A stretch of DNA of 64,000 bases from a virus (IMGVR_UViG_3300028886_000029:174007-238006), one strand, 5' to 3'. Shown: positions 20,534 through 29,532, counted from the stretch's first letter. The notes: generated by a model not told the origin, from the sequence alone. Numbers and translations are program-made.

Positions 20534-22207
20534 CTATTTAAAGCACATCTCATATCTATATTTCCCACAATCCCATATTTTACTCAAATCTAATTTTTCT
20601 CTTGTTTCTTTTTCAGTTAAATTATAAGGTAAATTGTATTTTCTTTTTACACTTTTTTTTCTGAAAAAATATTTGTTAATTCTTTCTGTTGGTTTATCAT
20701 TTATTACATAAGTGTATTCCGGTTCCATTTCTTTTTTTAAAACAAACCCCAAATTTTCCACAGTTTTTTGTGTGAAATGTGAAAACCTTCTGTCCACAAA
20801 TGTTATAATTTTTTGAGGATTATATTTTTTAACAAAAAAATTCAATAAACCTTTATTGTCTTGACAAACATAATTATTGTTTTCTACATATGACATTATC
20901 CATTCACCTTCTTTTGAAGACTTGTAAAAACACATAACACTAACCAAGACATTGTTATAAAAACATCCAATATATTTACCGGCATTGTACTTTTCTTTTA
21001 GTGAATTTTCTTTTAAAAAAATATTAGCAGTTCCTCTATCTATTTCTTTAAAAGAACATCCTTCATTATTAACAAGAAAACAATCTTCCTTTTTAAACTG
21101 CCTCTTAAAAATATTAAATAAAATATCCTTGTGTTGTAAATACTCATCCTCAAATATGTGTATTAAACCAATACCATTTTCTTCACATAATACAGTCTTA
21201 CTTAAATGATAATTTTTCATTTTATTTTTCCTTTCTGAATGCCAATATAAACCATCAAACTCAATCCCAACTTTATATTGAGGTAAATATATGTCTATCT
21301 CCCTACCATCGCCTAAAACATCCCTATCATGTTTAATAACATTATCTTTACCAATTAAACCACATAAAAAACCATAAATTTCATTTTCACCCCTTGATTC
21401 AATCACACCACATTTGGGACAACCATGACCCGATAAATGGTCATTAGGTGTGATAAAAAACCTGCCGTGTTCAGGACAAATTATAGATACCTTTGTTTTT
21501 GCTTTTTCATAATTAACTTCTCTATAATCATATTTATCTCCATGTATTTTTTTTGATTTTTCAATAAATTCTTCGGTTGTTAATCTATGTAACTTTCCTT
21601 TACTAATATTACCACATTTCGGACAACCTTGATGCTTATGGTAGTGTTTATATGGTGTTTGCCAAAATTCACCATGTTCAGGGCATATTATACATACTTT
21701 AGTTTTACTATTGGTATATTGTACTTTACTGTAATCATATTTATCACCATGAACTTCTTTAAATTTCTTTATCCACTCTTCATTATCTAAACCAATTCCC
21801 TTACATTTTGGACAACCTTGTTTACTGTAAATATGCGCACAGGGTGTCATCCAAAACTCACCATGTTCGGGACATATTATGCACACTTTAGTACTACTGT
21901 TAATATAATTTACTTTACTGTAATCATATTTATCACCATGAACTTCTTTCGCCTTATCAATAAACTGCTGAACACTAAACCTGCCAAATCTTGCTCTTTT
22001 TAAATTAGCACACTTAGGACATTCATTTCTTAAATGTTCTGAAGGTCTTTGCCAAAATTCCCCATGCTCATTTCCTTCATTATCTTTCTCATGACATATT
22101 ATACATACTTTAGTGCTACTATTAATATAGTCTACTTTACTATAATCATACTTATCACCATGAACTTTAATAGCCTTTTCAATAAATTGTTCTTTTCTGT
22201 TACCCAT
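20534..22207 (-). CDS. Hef-like homing endonuclease: zinc-ribbon repeats, PD-(D/E)xK nuclease, GNAT-like C-terminus
   Basis: Four HGDKYDY..V.IIC..HG.F..GCPKC-type repeats; EIDIYLP..GIEFDGLYWHS; IWDCG C-terminus. Confidence 0.75.
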   Translation of the reverse strand: MGNRKEQFIEKAIKVHGDKYDYSKVDYINSSTKVCIICHEKDNEGNEHGEFWQRPSEHLRNECPKCANLKRARFGRFSVQQFIDKAKEVHGDKYDYSKVNYINSSTKVCIICPEHGEFWMTPCAHIYSKQGCPKCKGIGLDNEEWIKKFKEVHGDKYDYSKVQYTNSKTKVCIICPEHGEFWQTPYKHYHKHQGCPKCGNISKGKLHRLTTEEFIEKSKKIHGDKYDYREVNYEKAKTKVSIICPEHGRFFITPNDHLSGHGCPKCGVIESRGENEIYGFLCGLIGKDNVIKHDRDVLGDGREIDIYLPQYKVGIEFDGLYWHSERKNKMKNYHLSKTVLCEENGIGLIHIFEDEYLQHKDILFNIFKRQFKKEDCFLVNNEGCSFKEIDRGTANIFLKENSLKEKYNAGKYIGCFYNNVLVSVMCFYKSSKEGEWIMSYVENNNYVCQDNKGLLNFFVKKYNPQKIITFVDRRFSHFTQKTVENLGFVLKKEMEPEYTYVINDKPTERINKYFFRKKSVKRKYNLPYNLTEKETREKLDLSKIWDCGKYRYEMCFK

Positions 22208-22232
22208 ATTTCTTTAAAATAATGTTTTATTT

Positions 22233-22310
22233 ATAAATAGTTTCACTTTTCATAAAAATACATTTTTTATTTAAAAAACAAGAAAAAAAAAATATAATAT
22301 AACTATTTAT
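22233..22310. promoter_or_regulatory. Divergent pair of TATTTAT motifs (22233-22239 minus; 22304-22310 plus)
   Basis: ACTATTTAT on each strand, facing the endonuclease and tail tube genes respectively. Confidence 0.55.
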
Positions 22311-22352
22311 ATTAAAATTAAGATAATAAGAATTAAAAAAAACATATAACAT

Positions 22353-22838
22353 ATGGACTTACTGATTAAGAGCCCGCTTACTTATGAGCCATTAAAGAAA
22401 AACAGATGGATAATGAGATTTCCTGCTGACCTCGGTATTCAAGAATGGACACTTGAAAGTGCCTCAAGACCAAGCATTAACCAAAACCCTGTTGAAATTC
22501 AATTTTTGAACACAAGTACATGGGTTGTTGGTAGATATACTTGGGAAGACATCAGCGTCACGTTCCGCGATATGATAGGTCCCTCCACATCACAGGCACT
22601 TATGGAATGGATTAGACTCTGTTCTGAATCAGTAACTGGTAGGCAGGGATATGCTGCTGGTTATAAAAGAGATATTGAACTTGAAATGCTTGACCCTACA
22701 GGTGCTGTTGTTCAAAGATGGATTCTTAAAAATGCTTGGATTACAACATGTAATTTTAATGACCTTTCTTATGGTGATGATGGCCTTGCCACTGCACAGG
22801 CTAACCTCAAGATGGACTATGCAATTCTCTGTTACTAA
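22353..22838 (+). CDS. Tail tube protein (T4 gp19-like)
   Basis: YEPLKKNRW..SASRPS..GRYTWEDISVTFRD.IGPS..QALMEW..GYAAGYKRDI.LEMLDPTG..W.L..A. Confidence 0.9.
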   Translation: MDLLIKSPLTYEPLKKNRWIMRFPADLGIQEWTLESASRPSINQNPVEIQFLNTSTWVVGRYTWEDISVTFRDMIGPSTSQALMEWIRLCSESVTGRQGYAAGYKRDIELEMLDPTGAVVQRWILKNAWITTCNFNDLSYGDDGLATAQANLKMDYAILCY

Positions 22839-22866
22839 TTGATAATCAATAAGTTATGAAAATTAT

Positions 22867-22900
22867 AAAATATGGAAGAATTAAATTCTTCCATATTTTT
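22867..22900 (+). terminator. Rho-independent terminator after the tail tube gene
   Basis: AAAATATGGAAGAAT-TAA-ATTCTTCCATATTTT followed by a T run. Confidence 0.75.
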
Positions 22901-22949
22901 TTTTATGTATTTCATTGTTAATTTACTTGATTTTTCAAAACTTTTTTAT

Positions 22950-22957
22950 TATATTTG
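22950..22957 (+). promoter_or_regulatory. Bacteroidota-type -7 promoter element TAnnTTTG
   Basis: TATATTTG with an upstream TTG; also at 542-549(-), 20495-20502(-), 36847-36854, 40870-40877, 46479-46486, 47671-47678. Confidence 0.6.
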
Positions 22958-22979
22958 TAAAAATTCCCAATGATAAAGT

Positions 22980-24653
22980 ATGAACAAAGAAGAATTTATA
23001 ATAAAAGCAAGAGAAATACATGGTGACAAATATAACTATGATAAAGTTGAATATGTCAACAAATCAACCAAAGTTTGTATAATTTGTCCTGAGCATGGAG
23101 AATTTTGGCAGACACCTAAAGCACACATCATACAAGGTTACGGATGTAAAAAATGTGGAAGAAAAATCTGTGCCGAAAAAACAAAAAAAACCACTGAGAA
23201 ATTTATTGAGGAAGCAAAAGAGATACATGGTGACAAATATGATTATTCAAAAGTGGAATATACCAATGCTTTCGAAAAAGTATGTATAATATGTCCAGAA
23301 CATGGCGAATTTTGGCAGACACCACATGACCATCTTAAAGGTGTTGGATGTCCTTCTTGTGGGAATTCATTAAAGGGACAAACCAAAAAACTGACACAAG
23401 ATGAGTTCATTAAGAGGGCAAGAGAAATACATGGTGATAAATATGACTACAGTAAAGTAAAATATATTAATAGTAATACTAAAGTTTGTATTATATGTCC
23501 TGAACATGGTGAATTTTGGATGACACCAAGTTGTCATTTAAATGGACAAGGGTGTAAAGATTGTGGATATAAAAATATTTCACAAAAAAATAGAACAAGC
23601 TTAGATATATTAATAAAAAAATTTAATATTATTCACAACAACAAATATAAATATAATAAAATGGAATATCAAGGTACTGATATTCCAATAACAATTACAT
23701 GTCCTGTTCATGGTGACTTTCAACAAAGACCACATGACCATTTATCGGGTCATGGTTGCCCTAAATGTGGAGTAAGATTATCCAAGGCTGAAAATGAGAT
23801 ATATGAATATTGTCAAAGTTTATTTTCTGATGAAATAATACAAGGTGACAGGTCAATAATTAATCCGTTTGAATTGGATATTTATATACCCAAAACTAAA
23901 ACCGGTATTGAGTATCATGGTCTCATTTGGCATTCCACTAAATACAGAAAAGACAAAAATTATCATCTTAAAAAACTCAACGCATGTAAAGAAAAGAGTA
24001 TTAAATTACTTCAGATATTTGAAGATGAGTACATCAATCATAAGGACATTGTTTTTAACAAAATAAAACATATTCTTGGAAAATGTGATAATTCACCTAA
24101 AATTTATGGCCGAAAATGTGATGTTAAAGAGATAAACAAAAACACCGCAAGGGATTTTCTTGACAAATTTCATATTCAGGGATTTGTCCCATCCACAATA
24201 TATTTAGGGTGTTATTATAATAATGAATTAGTTGGTGTAATGACGTTTAAACAAGAAAAGAAAAAGTGTGACAAATGGGAATTAACAAGGTTTGCAAGTA
24301 ATTATAATTATATTTGTTGTGGTGTTGGTGGTAAACTATTTAGTTATTTTGTAAGGAATTACAATCCCACTGAAATAAAATCATTTGCCGACAGAAGATG
24401 GACTGTAGATGAGGAAAATAATATTTATATACAATTAGGTTTTAAGTTTGATTCTTACACAAATCCAGATTATCATTATTTCAAATTTGAGGATGGTTTA
24501 ATCAGACAACACAAGTTTGGTTTCAGGAAACAGATATTACATAAGAAATATGGTTTACCACTTACAATGACCGAAAAAGAAATGACTGAAAAATTAGGTT
24601 ACGAAAAAATATATGATTGTGGCTTGATTAAATATGTATGGAAAAAGGACTGA
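22980..24653 (+). CDS. Hef-like homing endonuclease, paralog of 20534-22207
   Basis: Four zinc-ribbon repeats; ELDIYIP..GIEYHGLIWHS; GNAT-like FHIQG..LVGVMTF..WELTRFAS..GGKLF..SFADRRW; IYDCG. Confidence 0.8.
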   Translation: MNKEEFIIKAREIHGDKYNYDKVEYVNKSTKVCIICPEHGEFWQTPKAHIIQGYGCKKCGRKICAEKTKKTTEKFIEEAKEIHGDKYDYSKVEYTNAFEKVCIICPEHGEFWQTPHDHLKGVGCPSCGNSLKGQTKKLTQDEFIKRAREIHGDKYDYSKVKYINSNTKVCIICPEHGEFWMTPSCHLNGQGCKDCGYKNISQKNRTSLDILIKKFNIIHNNKYKYNKMEYQGTDIPITITCPVHGDFQQRPHDHLSGHGCPKCGVRLSKAENEIYEYCQSLFSDEIIQGDRSIINPFELDIYIPKTKTGIEYHGLIWHSTKYRKDKNYHLKKLNACKEKSIKLLQIFEDEYINHKDIVFNKIKHILGKCDNSPKIYGRKCDVKEINKNTARDFLDKFHIQGFVPSTIYLGCYYNNELVGVMTFKQEKKKCDKWELTRFASNYNYICCGVGGKLFSYFVRNYNPTEIKSFADRRWTVDEENNIYIQLGFKFDSYTNPDYHYFKFEDGLIRQHKFGFRKQILHKKYGLPLTMTEKEMTEKLGYEKIYDCGLIKYVWKKD

Positions 24654-24669
24654 TATAATATCAGTCCTT
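24645..24669. terminator. Hairpin between convergent genes
   Basis: AAGGACTGATA-TAA-TATCAGTCCTT. Confidence 0.65.
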
Positions 24670-24673
24670 AATT

Positions 24674-25345
24674 TTACATCCTCACTCCTTGTTTATTCAT
24701 TAATTGTTCAGCATATTCCTGAAAAGTTTCACAACCTGCATTATTCCTGATATTGCAAAAATAACTATAAACATCTTTTATGTTAAGTATTTTATAATTA
24801 CTTAATACACTATCCAAACCGACATCTACCCTTAATTCATTTGATTGTATATTTAAGTTATCAATAGAACCATGGCAATGACCATGTACCATACAAGAAC
24901 CATGTGTCCGTCTATTCCAAGTTAACAGTGGATAATGACAAATTTCAATACAAAATGTCTCATTAGAATCAATCCAATCATATTGTTTGTAGTTAAATTT
25001 CACTTCTTTTATTTGATTAACTGATTCAAAATAATTTTCAAGACCAACCAATGACTTATCATGATTACCAACAATAAGATGTTTCTTACCATTTAATTTC
25101 CTAAGTAGTTTTTCGGTATTTTCCCTATTAGCAAAAGAAAAATCACCAAGAAAATAAATAGTGTCTTGTTTTTTAACGGTTTTGTTCCATAATTCAATAA
25201 GCCATTGATTTTGTTTTTCAACGGCTTCATTAACATTTTCCATATCCAATTCACTCAAACCAAGAATATTCCTTCTTTCTTCCTGAAATTTCAAAATATT
25301 ATAATGGAAAAAATGAAAATCAGATGTTATCCAAGTATTTTGCAT
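24674..25345 (-). CDS. Calcineurin-like metallophosphoesterase
   Basis: SDFHFFH, LGDF, GNHD, HYP, HGHCH. Confidence 0.9.
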   Translation of the reverse strand: MQNTWITSDFHFFHYNILKFQEERRNILGLSELDMENVNEAVEKQNQWLIELWNKTVKKQDTIYFLGDFSFANRENTEKLLRKLNGKKHLIVGNHDKSLVGLENYFESVNQIKEVKFNYKQYDWIDSNETFCIEICHYPLLTWNRRTHGSCMVHGHCHGSIDNLNIQSNELRVDVGLDSVLSNYKILNIKDVYSYFCNIRNNAGCETFQEYAEQLMNKQGVRM

Positions 25346-25347
25346 AA

Positions 25348-26073
25348 TTAAAAAATTTCTTTGTTACCAAAATTAAAAACTATTTCACCATAACCTTCTT
25401 TTCTTCTCCTAAGTTCATTTAAAGTATCCGCACATGGATTCATATAACACTCAAACTGTATTGGGTAAGAAAATCTTTTTAGTCTTTCAGGATTTTTATA
25501 GTCAAGATTATTTGACTTAATCATTGATGTATAATACTCATTGTTAGGATTATTCAAATCAATATCATCAGATATTGCCTTACCGACAATTTCACCATCT
25601 TTATTAATATAATATGGTCTTGCATTAGGCTCCTTAATAAGAACACTATCCTGATTATATTTTCCGCACATTTGTATTGCAAACAGTTTTAAATCAGAAA
25701 AATCAGTTAGTTCACCATTGTTTTTGGTGTGATTGAAAACAATAAATGATGGTTCATAACTATCTACAACACCGTCTGTCCCATGATAACCGCCATATAC
25801 AGGAAAATAACTATATTGTGATGTTTTTAAATCATTAATAAGGTTTTTTGTGTTTTTATTATTTGTCTCATTATCCAGACCACTTCTGTTTGCTGAAACA
25901 ATAACAAAACCATCCTTACCATGTTTATTAATAATTCTACTTAATGTTTCCTCATTAAGTGTTTGTAATGAGTATATATTATTAATATTATACAACTCAT
26001 TAAAAATTGTCTTTTCCTTTACCTGTTCACCAATTCGTGACATCAGGTTTTTTATCTCATTTAATTGTGTCAT
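25348..26073 (-). CDS. SAM lyase (T3 SAMase-like) with an N-terminal leader
   Basis: FVIVSANRSGL..N..L..L..GGY..E.S..A..C..NQDSVL matches the recalled T3 SAMase pattern YVLVSAFRSNL..GCY..EE..LAC..EQDCVL. The ATG at 26073 abuts the upstream stop. Confidence 0.7.
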   Translation of the reverse strand: MTQLNEIKNLMSRIGEQVKEKTIFNELYNINNIYSLQTLNEETLSRIINKHGKDGFVIVSANRSGLDNETNNKNTKNLINDLKTSQYSYFPVYGGYHGTDGVVDSYEPSFIVFNHTKNNGELTDFSDLKLFAIQMCGKYNQDSVLIKEPNARPYYINKDGEIVGKAISDDIDLNNPNNEYYTSMIKSNNLDYKNPERLKRFSYPIQFECYMNPCADTLNELRRRKEGYGEIVFNFGNKEIF

Positions 26074-26074
26074 A

Positions 26075-26359
26075 TTATCCTTCTTTAATTTCATCAAAAT
26101 CGGTTGTCCAACCGGCATTGGTTATTTTGTCAATATTCGAATTAAAAAGAATAAAATTACCAATAGTATAATCACCAAAACCACCATAACCTCTCTTTTC
26201 AAAGGTAAGAATACCATCTTCAATCAACTTATTCATTTTTGCCTCGGTATTTCTATATAAATATTCTCTATGTGAGCAATAACCAACTGTATCTGTTGTT
26301 ATATAATAAAATTCAAAACAACCATAATAATACATTTTAGATACATGTAGTTTTTTCTC
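26075..26359 (-). pseudogene. 3' half of a phage gene interrupted by the IS607-type element
   Basis: EKKLHVSKMYYYG... joins in frame with ...KKKKEW of 29533-29799 when the element is removed. Confidence 0.75.
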
Positions 26360-26540
26360 CGAAGAATTAAACATAGTCAAAAGTAGTCACACTACTTTCT
26401 ATACATTCACTACCTACATTTTGTAGGCTTCTTCGAAACGATAACAACACTTCCTTCACCTTTTCACGTTTAAGTCTCTTAGGCTCAAAAGCACCATTAT
26501 CCAATTGTTTTAAGAGCGATTCTCGTAACACGGTTACAAG
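26340..26540 (-). ncRNA. Putative TnpB omegaRNA (scaffold overlapping the tnpB 3' end, plus flank-derived guide); 5' limit approximate
   Basis: Hairpins CCTACA-AAA-TGTAGG (26413-26427) and AAAGTAGT-GTG-ACTACTTT (26380-26398); CGAAGAA pairs with terminal TTCTTCG; position at the element's right end. Confidence 0.6.
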
Positions 26541-28007
26541 CACTCTGTTCCTTATATTCTTTGCAGCGTTAAAGTCTGCATTATCTTTATATCCACATTC
26601 AATACATTCAAATGTCTCTTGGTTTGGTCTGTTCTCATCCTCAATACATCCACAAATGGGACACATCTTCGATGTATAACTTGCTTGAACTGTTGAAACC
26701 GCAATATCATATTTTCTTGCAATATGCTCAACTTCTTGTTTAAGGCTACTCAAGCCAAGGAATTTAACCTTTCTGTTGTAATTTATATCCTCATTATCCT
26801 TATCTTTAACATAGCATTTGCCAAATCCATTATCAAGGTCTTCCATTACAATATGCCCCACACCTTGTGAATGTAATGCCTTACACATATCGGCTATAAG
26901 TTGCTGTTCAGACTTAATCATCTTGGATTTGAGCGTATCGAGTTTCTGCTGTTTACGTTTACCTACTTTGTATTCTTTATCTTGTACTTTTAGTTTATCT
27001 ATTTCAAGAGATAGTTTACAGAAATCGTTAACAAGTTTTCTATCATAATCGTAAGTTGTTTCATCTGATAGGCTGAATAAGTTATGTTTGCAATTCACAT
27101 CAATACCAATAGTATCACCTTTGACTTGAGGTGTATATCTTTCACCATCCTTACATAAGTGTATATTTACTTGATGTTCCTTCTCATTAAAAGTAATTGT
27201 ATATTCGTAATCGGGATTCTTCTTTCTGTAATCCTTCATATTTCCGTGCCACCCTTTGTTGAATGTAACTGGTATGTCGAATGACTTCCTACCAATACCA
27301 CTTAGGCTTATGAACGAATTAATCCTTGAACCAAACTTGCTGTTATAATCAATTATTCTTGTTTTTCTACATCTGCCACTGAATGTTAATGACTTGAATT
27401 CAATAGGATATTCAGAATAATGCTTAACAATGCGTTTTCTTTTTGAATGGGCAAGATTATAGAGACGTTCAAATCCGAATTTATTACAGCATCTTAATAT
27501 GTTACTATAGAACTCACGTTTCTTCTCGTCACACTTGCTTATATTGTCATTGATGTAGTCTATTGTATTCTCATTACCGTATCTTGCAAGATAAGTGAGG
27601 CAGTTAGATAAAGACGTTTGTTTCTTATCAAAAACTACTTTTTTCAAGTCACCTTTATTATGCTTCTTAGTATCACGCTTATAAAACTCAAACCCTTTAA
27701 ATGTAACAACTTCAAAGACAAGTTTACGTTGTATTGCATCGAATTTATTTTGATAGCAAGTGAATACTTGTGTATAGAGTTGTGCATCAAACGAACTTGG
27801 TATGACATCTTTGAAACGTTCTCTCATTTCTTTAAGGAATTGGAACTTATTGTATTCCAAGAAATGTAAGAGGTTATCGTTGACGTATTGTGATACTGCG
27901 TTTTTATGATTTCGAATAAGTACAGCAAAGTCGTGTAACTCATCATATTTCTGACGAGTTAATTCATTTGAATGGAATATCTTTGTGTACTTACTCTTTA
28001 TTATCAT
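26367..28007 (-). CDS. tnpB: TnpB RNA-guided nuclease (long IS607 type)
   Basis: RuvC I GIDVN, RuvC II VMEDL, TSKMCPICG..FECIECG zinc finger, RuvC III NADFNAAKNI; 546 aa. Confidence 0.9.
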   Translation of the reverse strand: MIIKSKYTKIFHSNELTRQKYDELHDFAVLIRNHKNAVSQYVNDNLLHFLEYNKFQFLKEMRERFKDVIPSSFDAQLYTQVFTCYQNKFDAIQRKLVFEVVTFKGFEFYKRDTKKHNKGDLKKVVFDKKQTSLSNCLTYLARYGNENTIDYINDNISKCDEKKREFYSNILRCCNKFGFERLYNLAHSKRKRIVKHYSEYPIEFKSLTFSGRCRKTRIIDYNSKFGSRINSFISLSGIGRKSFDIPVTFNKGWHGNMKDYRKKNPDYEYTITFNEKEHQVNIHLCKDGERYTPQVKGDTIGIDVNCKHNLFSLSDETTYDYDRKLVNDFCKLSLEIDKLKVQDKEYKVGKRKQQKLDTLKSKMIKSEQQLIADMCKALHSQGVGHIVMEDLDNGFGKCYVKDKDNEDINYNRKVKFLGLSSLKQEVEHIARKYDIAVSTVQASYTSKMCPICGCIEDENRPNQETFECIECGYKDNADFNAAKNIRNRVLVTVLRESLLKQLDNGAFEPKRLKREKVKEVLLSFRRSLQNVGSECIESSVTTFDYV

Positions 28008-28009
28008 TT

Positions 28010-28171
28010 TTAATCCTCCAAATTATCAACATCTTGGCTTGAATGACCTAGTAATTCTTTATACAAGAGAATGTCATCTTCATTAAAAGAATCTTTATTC
28101 TTAAATTGTTCATATTCATTTTTAAGCCAAGAAATGTCTCCGTTTTCTCTTATTTTAATATCAACGTCCAT
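28010..28171 (-). CDS. Small acidic cargo ORF (53 aa)
   Basis: MDVDIKIRENGDISWLKNEYEQF...NLED*; overlaps the upstream stop and ends 2 nt before the tnpB ATG. Confidence 0.6.
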   Translation of the reverse strand: MDVDIKIRENGDISWLKNEYEQFKNKDSFNEDDILLYKELLGHSSQDVDNLED

Positions 28172-28343
28172 ATATCATTTTCATTTCATCATTTATCATT
28201 TCTTCAATAATAATGCTATATTCTTTATTCGTCTCTATTTTATTCTTTACTAATTTCAAGTAATATAAGCATTCTATCAATGAATGGTTTCCAAAATCAT
28301 CTGTATCATCTTCTCCTGATATACAAATTTCTTTCTCATTCAT
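28161..28343 (-). CDS. Small cargo ORF (60 aa; alternative ATG at 28352)
   Basis: MNEKEICISGEDDTDDFGNHSLIECLYYL...; ATGAATGA overlap with the upstream ORF stop. Confidence 0.55.
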   Translation of the reverse strand: MNEKEICISGEDDTDDFGNHSLIECLYYLKLVKNKIETNKEYSIIIEEMINDEMKMIYGR

Positions 28344-28476
28344 TTTTTTCATCAAACATTTTATAAACACAAATGTCTGATACACTTTCAACTGCACAAT
28401 ATATAGTATATTCATTACGCATATATCCGTACTGTTCAATATACTTTGTTTTGAATCCGCCTGTTTTAAATGCCAT
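28336..28476 (-). CDS. Small cargo ORF (46 aa)
   Basis: MAFKTGGFKTKYIEQYGYMRNEYTIYCAVESVSDICVYKMFDEKNE*; overlaps both neighbours. Confidence 0.55.
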   Translation of the reverse strand: MAFKTGGFKTKYIEQYGYMRNEYTIYCAVESVSDICVYKMFDEKNE

Positions 28477-28594
28477 TTTTCTCGATTTTTATTTCACAAT
28501 GTTGACAAAACAAATGATTATTTACATCCATATGTGAACAAAAAGTTGGAATACACTCTTGTTTATACAATTTACACCACTTATAATATTTCAT
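28466..28594 (-). CDS. Small Cys/His-rich cargo ORF (42 aa)
   Basis: MKYYKWCKLYKQECIPTFCSHMDVNNHLFCQHCEIKIEKNGI*; ATGA overlap with the tnpA stop. Confidence 0.55.
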   Translation of the reverse strand: MKYYKWCKLYKQECIPTFCSHMDVNNHLFCQHCEIKIEKNGI

Positions 28595-29220
28595 TGTTCT
28601 TGCTTTTGTTTACGTTTCTTTCTGTTTTCTTGTGCTCTCAATGAGTATACCTTACCACTAAAACTTGCAATCAACATCATCATATCATTTACAAGTTCTT
28701 CTTGCTCAGTGTATTCCTTCTTGTCAAGTAGTTCTATCTCAACACCATAACTGTTAAAGAAAAACTCTATTAGGTTATATTGAAACCTTGTAAGTCTATC
28801 CTTATGCTCAATTACTACTTTGTTAATTTTTCCATTCACAACCAAATTGCACAGTTTGATGAAACCTTTACGCTTGTCATTCAACCCACTTCCCATATCC
28901 TTTATAATGTACTCAACCTTGTATTTCTTCTTCGTACAATATTCGAATATCCTTGAAGATTGTCTGTCAATGTCACCGTGTTCTTTTTGGTCAGGTGTAG
29001 AACACCTTGCATAAGTGGCAACTATTATATCATCACTATCATTTGTGGTTTCATTACTATTTTCACCGATTAATAGTTCAATGTCAGATTGTTTATAACG
29101 CCTATGTCCTCCTTCTGTTCTTAAGGCAATTAGTTTACCGCTATTGTCCCAACGTTGAAGTGTGGATTTACTGACATTAAGTAAATGTTCAGTTTCTTTT
29201 AATGTCAGTAGTTTATCCAT
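28591..29220 (-). CDS. tnpA: IS607 serine transposase (MerR-type HTH plus resolvase)
   Basis: LNVSKSTLQRWD..G..RTEGGHRRY; YARCS..Q; GSGLN..RKG; HKDRLTRF; ELVND..SFSGKVY. ATG at 29220 preferred. Confidence 0.92.
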   Translation of the reverse strand: MDKLLTLKETEHLLNVSKSTLQRWDNSGKLIALRTEGGHRRYKQSDIELLIGENSNETTNDSDDIIVATYARCSTPDQKEHGDIDRQSSRIFEYCTKKKYKVEYIIKDMGSGLNDKRKGFIKLCNLVVNGKINKVVIEHKDRLTRFQYNLIEFFFNSYGVEIELLDKKEYTEQEELVNDMMMLIASFSGKVYSLRAQENRKKRKQKQEQ

Positions 29221-29443
29221 CTTCGTTTTCTGTTTTTTCAATTATATCAAGTGTTGCTTGTTTTGCACTGTCTATATGTTTCTGTAATTCTTCTATTGAC
29301 AATGTTTCAAGTCCATCCATCAATGGATACTCGTTACCATCGTCACAAGTATACAACATATTTTCAGTGTCAATCGAAACAACTTTAATATTCTTATGTT
29401 TCATAAGTTCACTTATTCTTTTATTATTTATCTTAGTCTTCAT
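29213..29443 (-). CDS. Cargo ORF (76 aa) at the element's left end
   Basis: Inside the element, overlapping the tnpA start; TATTTAT at 29446-29452 immediately upstream. Confidence 0.65.
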   Translation of the reverse strand: MKTKINNKRISELMKHKNIKVVSIDTENMLYTCDDGNEYPLMDGLETLSIEELQKHIDSAKQATLDIIEKTENEDG

Positions 29444-29532
29444 ATATAAATATCACGAATTTTTAAAAAGTTTGCTTATTTTTGAATATTTTTTGATATA
29501 AATGAATATTTTTCATTCGGCAGATGTTTCTC

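Noticed and set aside
22868-22881. Partial third copy (AAATATGGAAGAAT) of the 21-bp repeat
   Set aside because: It is one arm of a terminator hairpin in AT-rich DNA and is probably coincidental.
21400-23770. CRISPR-like repeated DNA (CATGGTGA.AAATATGA...)
   Set aside because: The repeats are in-frame protein repeats of the zinc-ribbon endonucleases.
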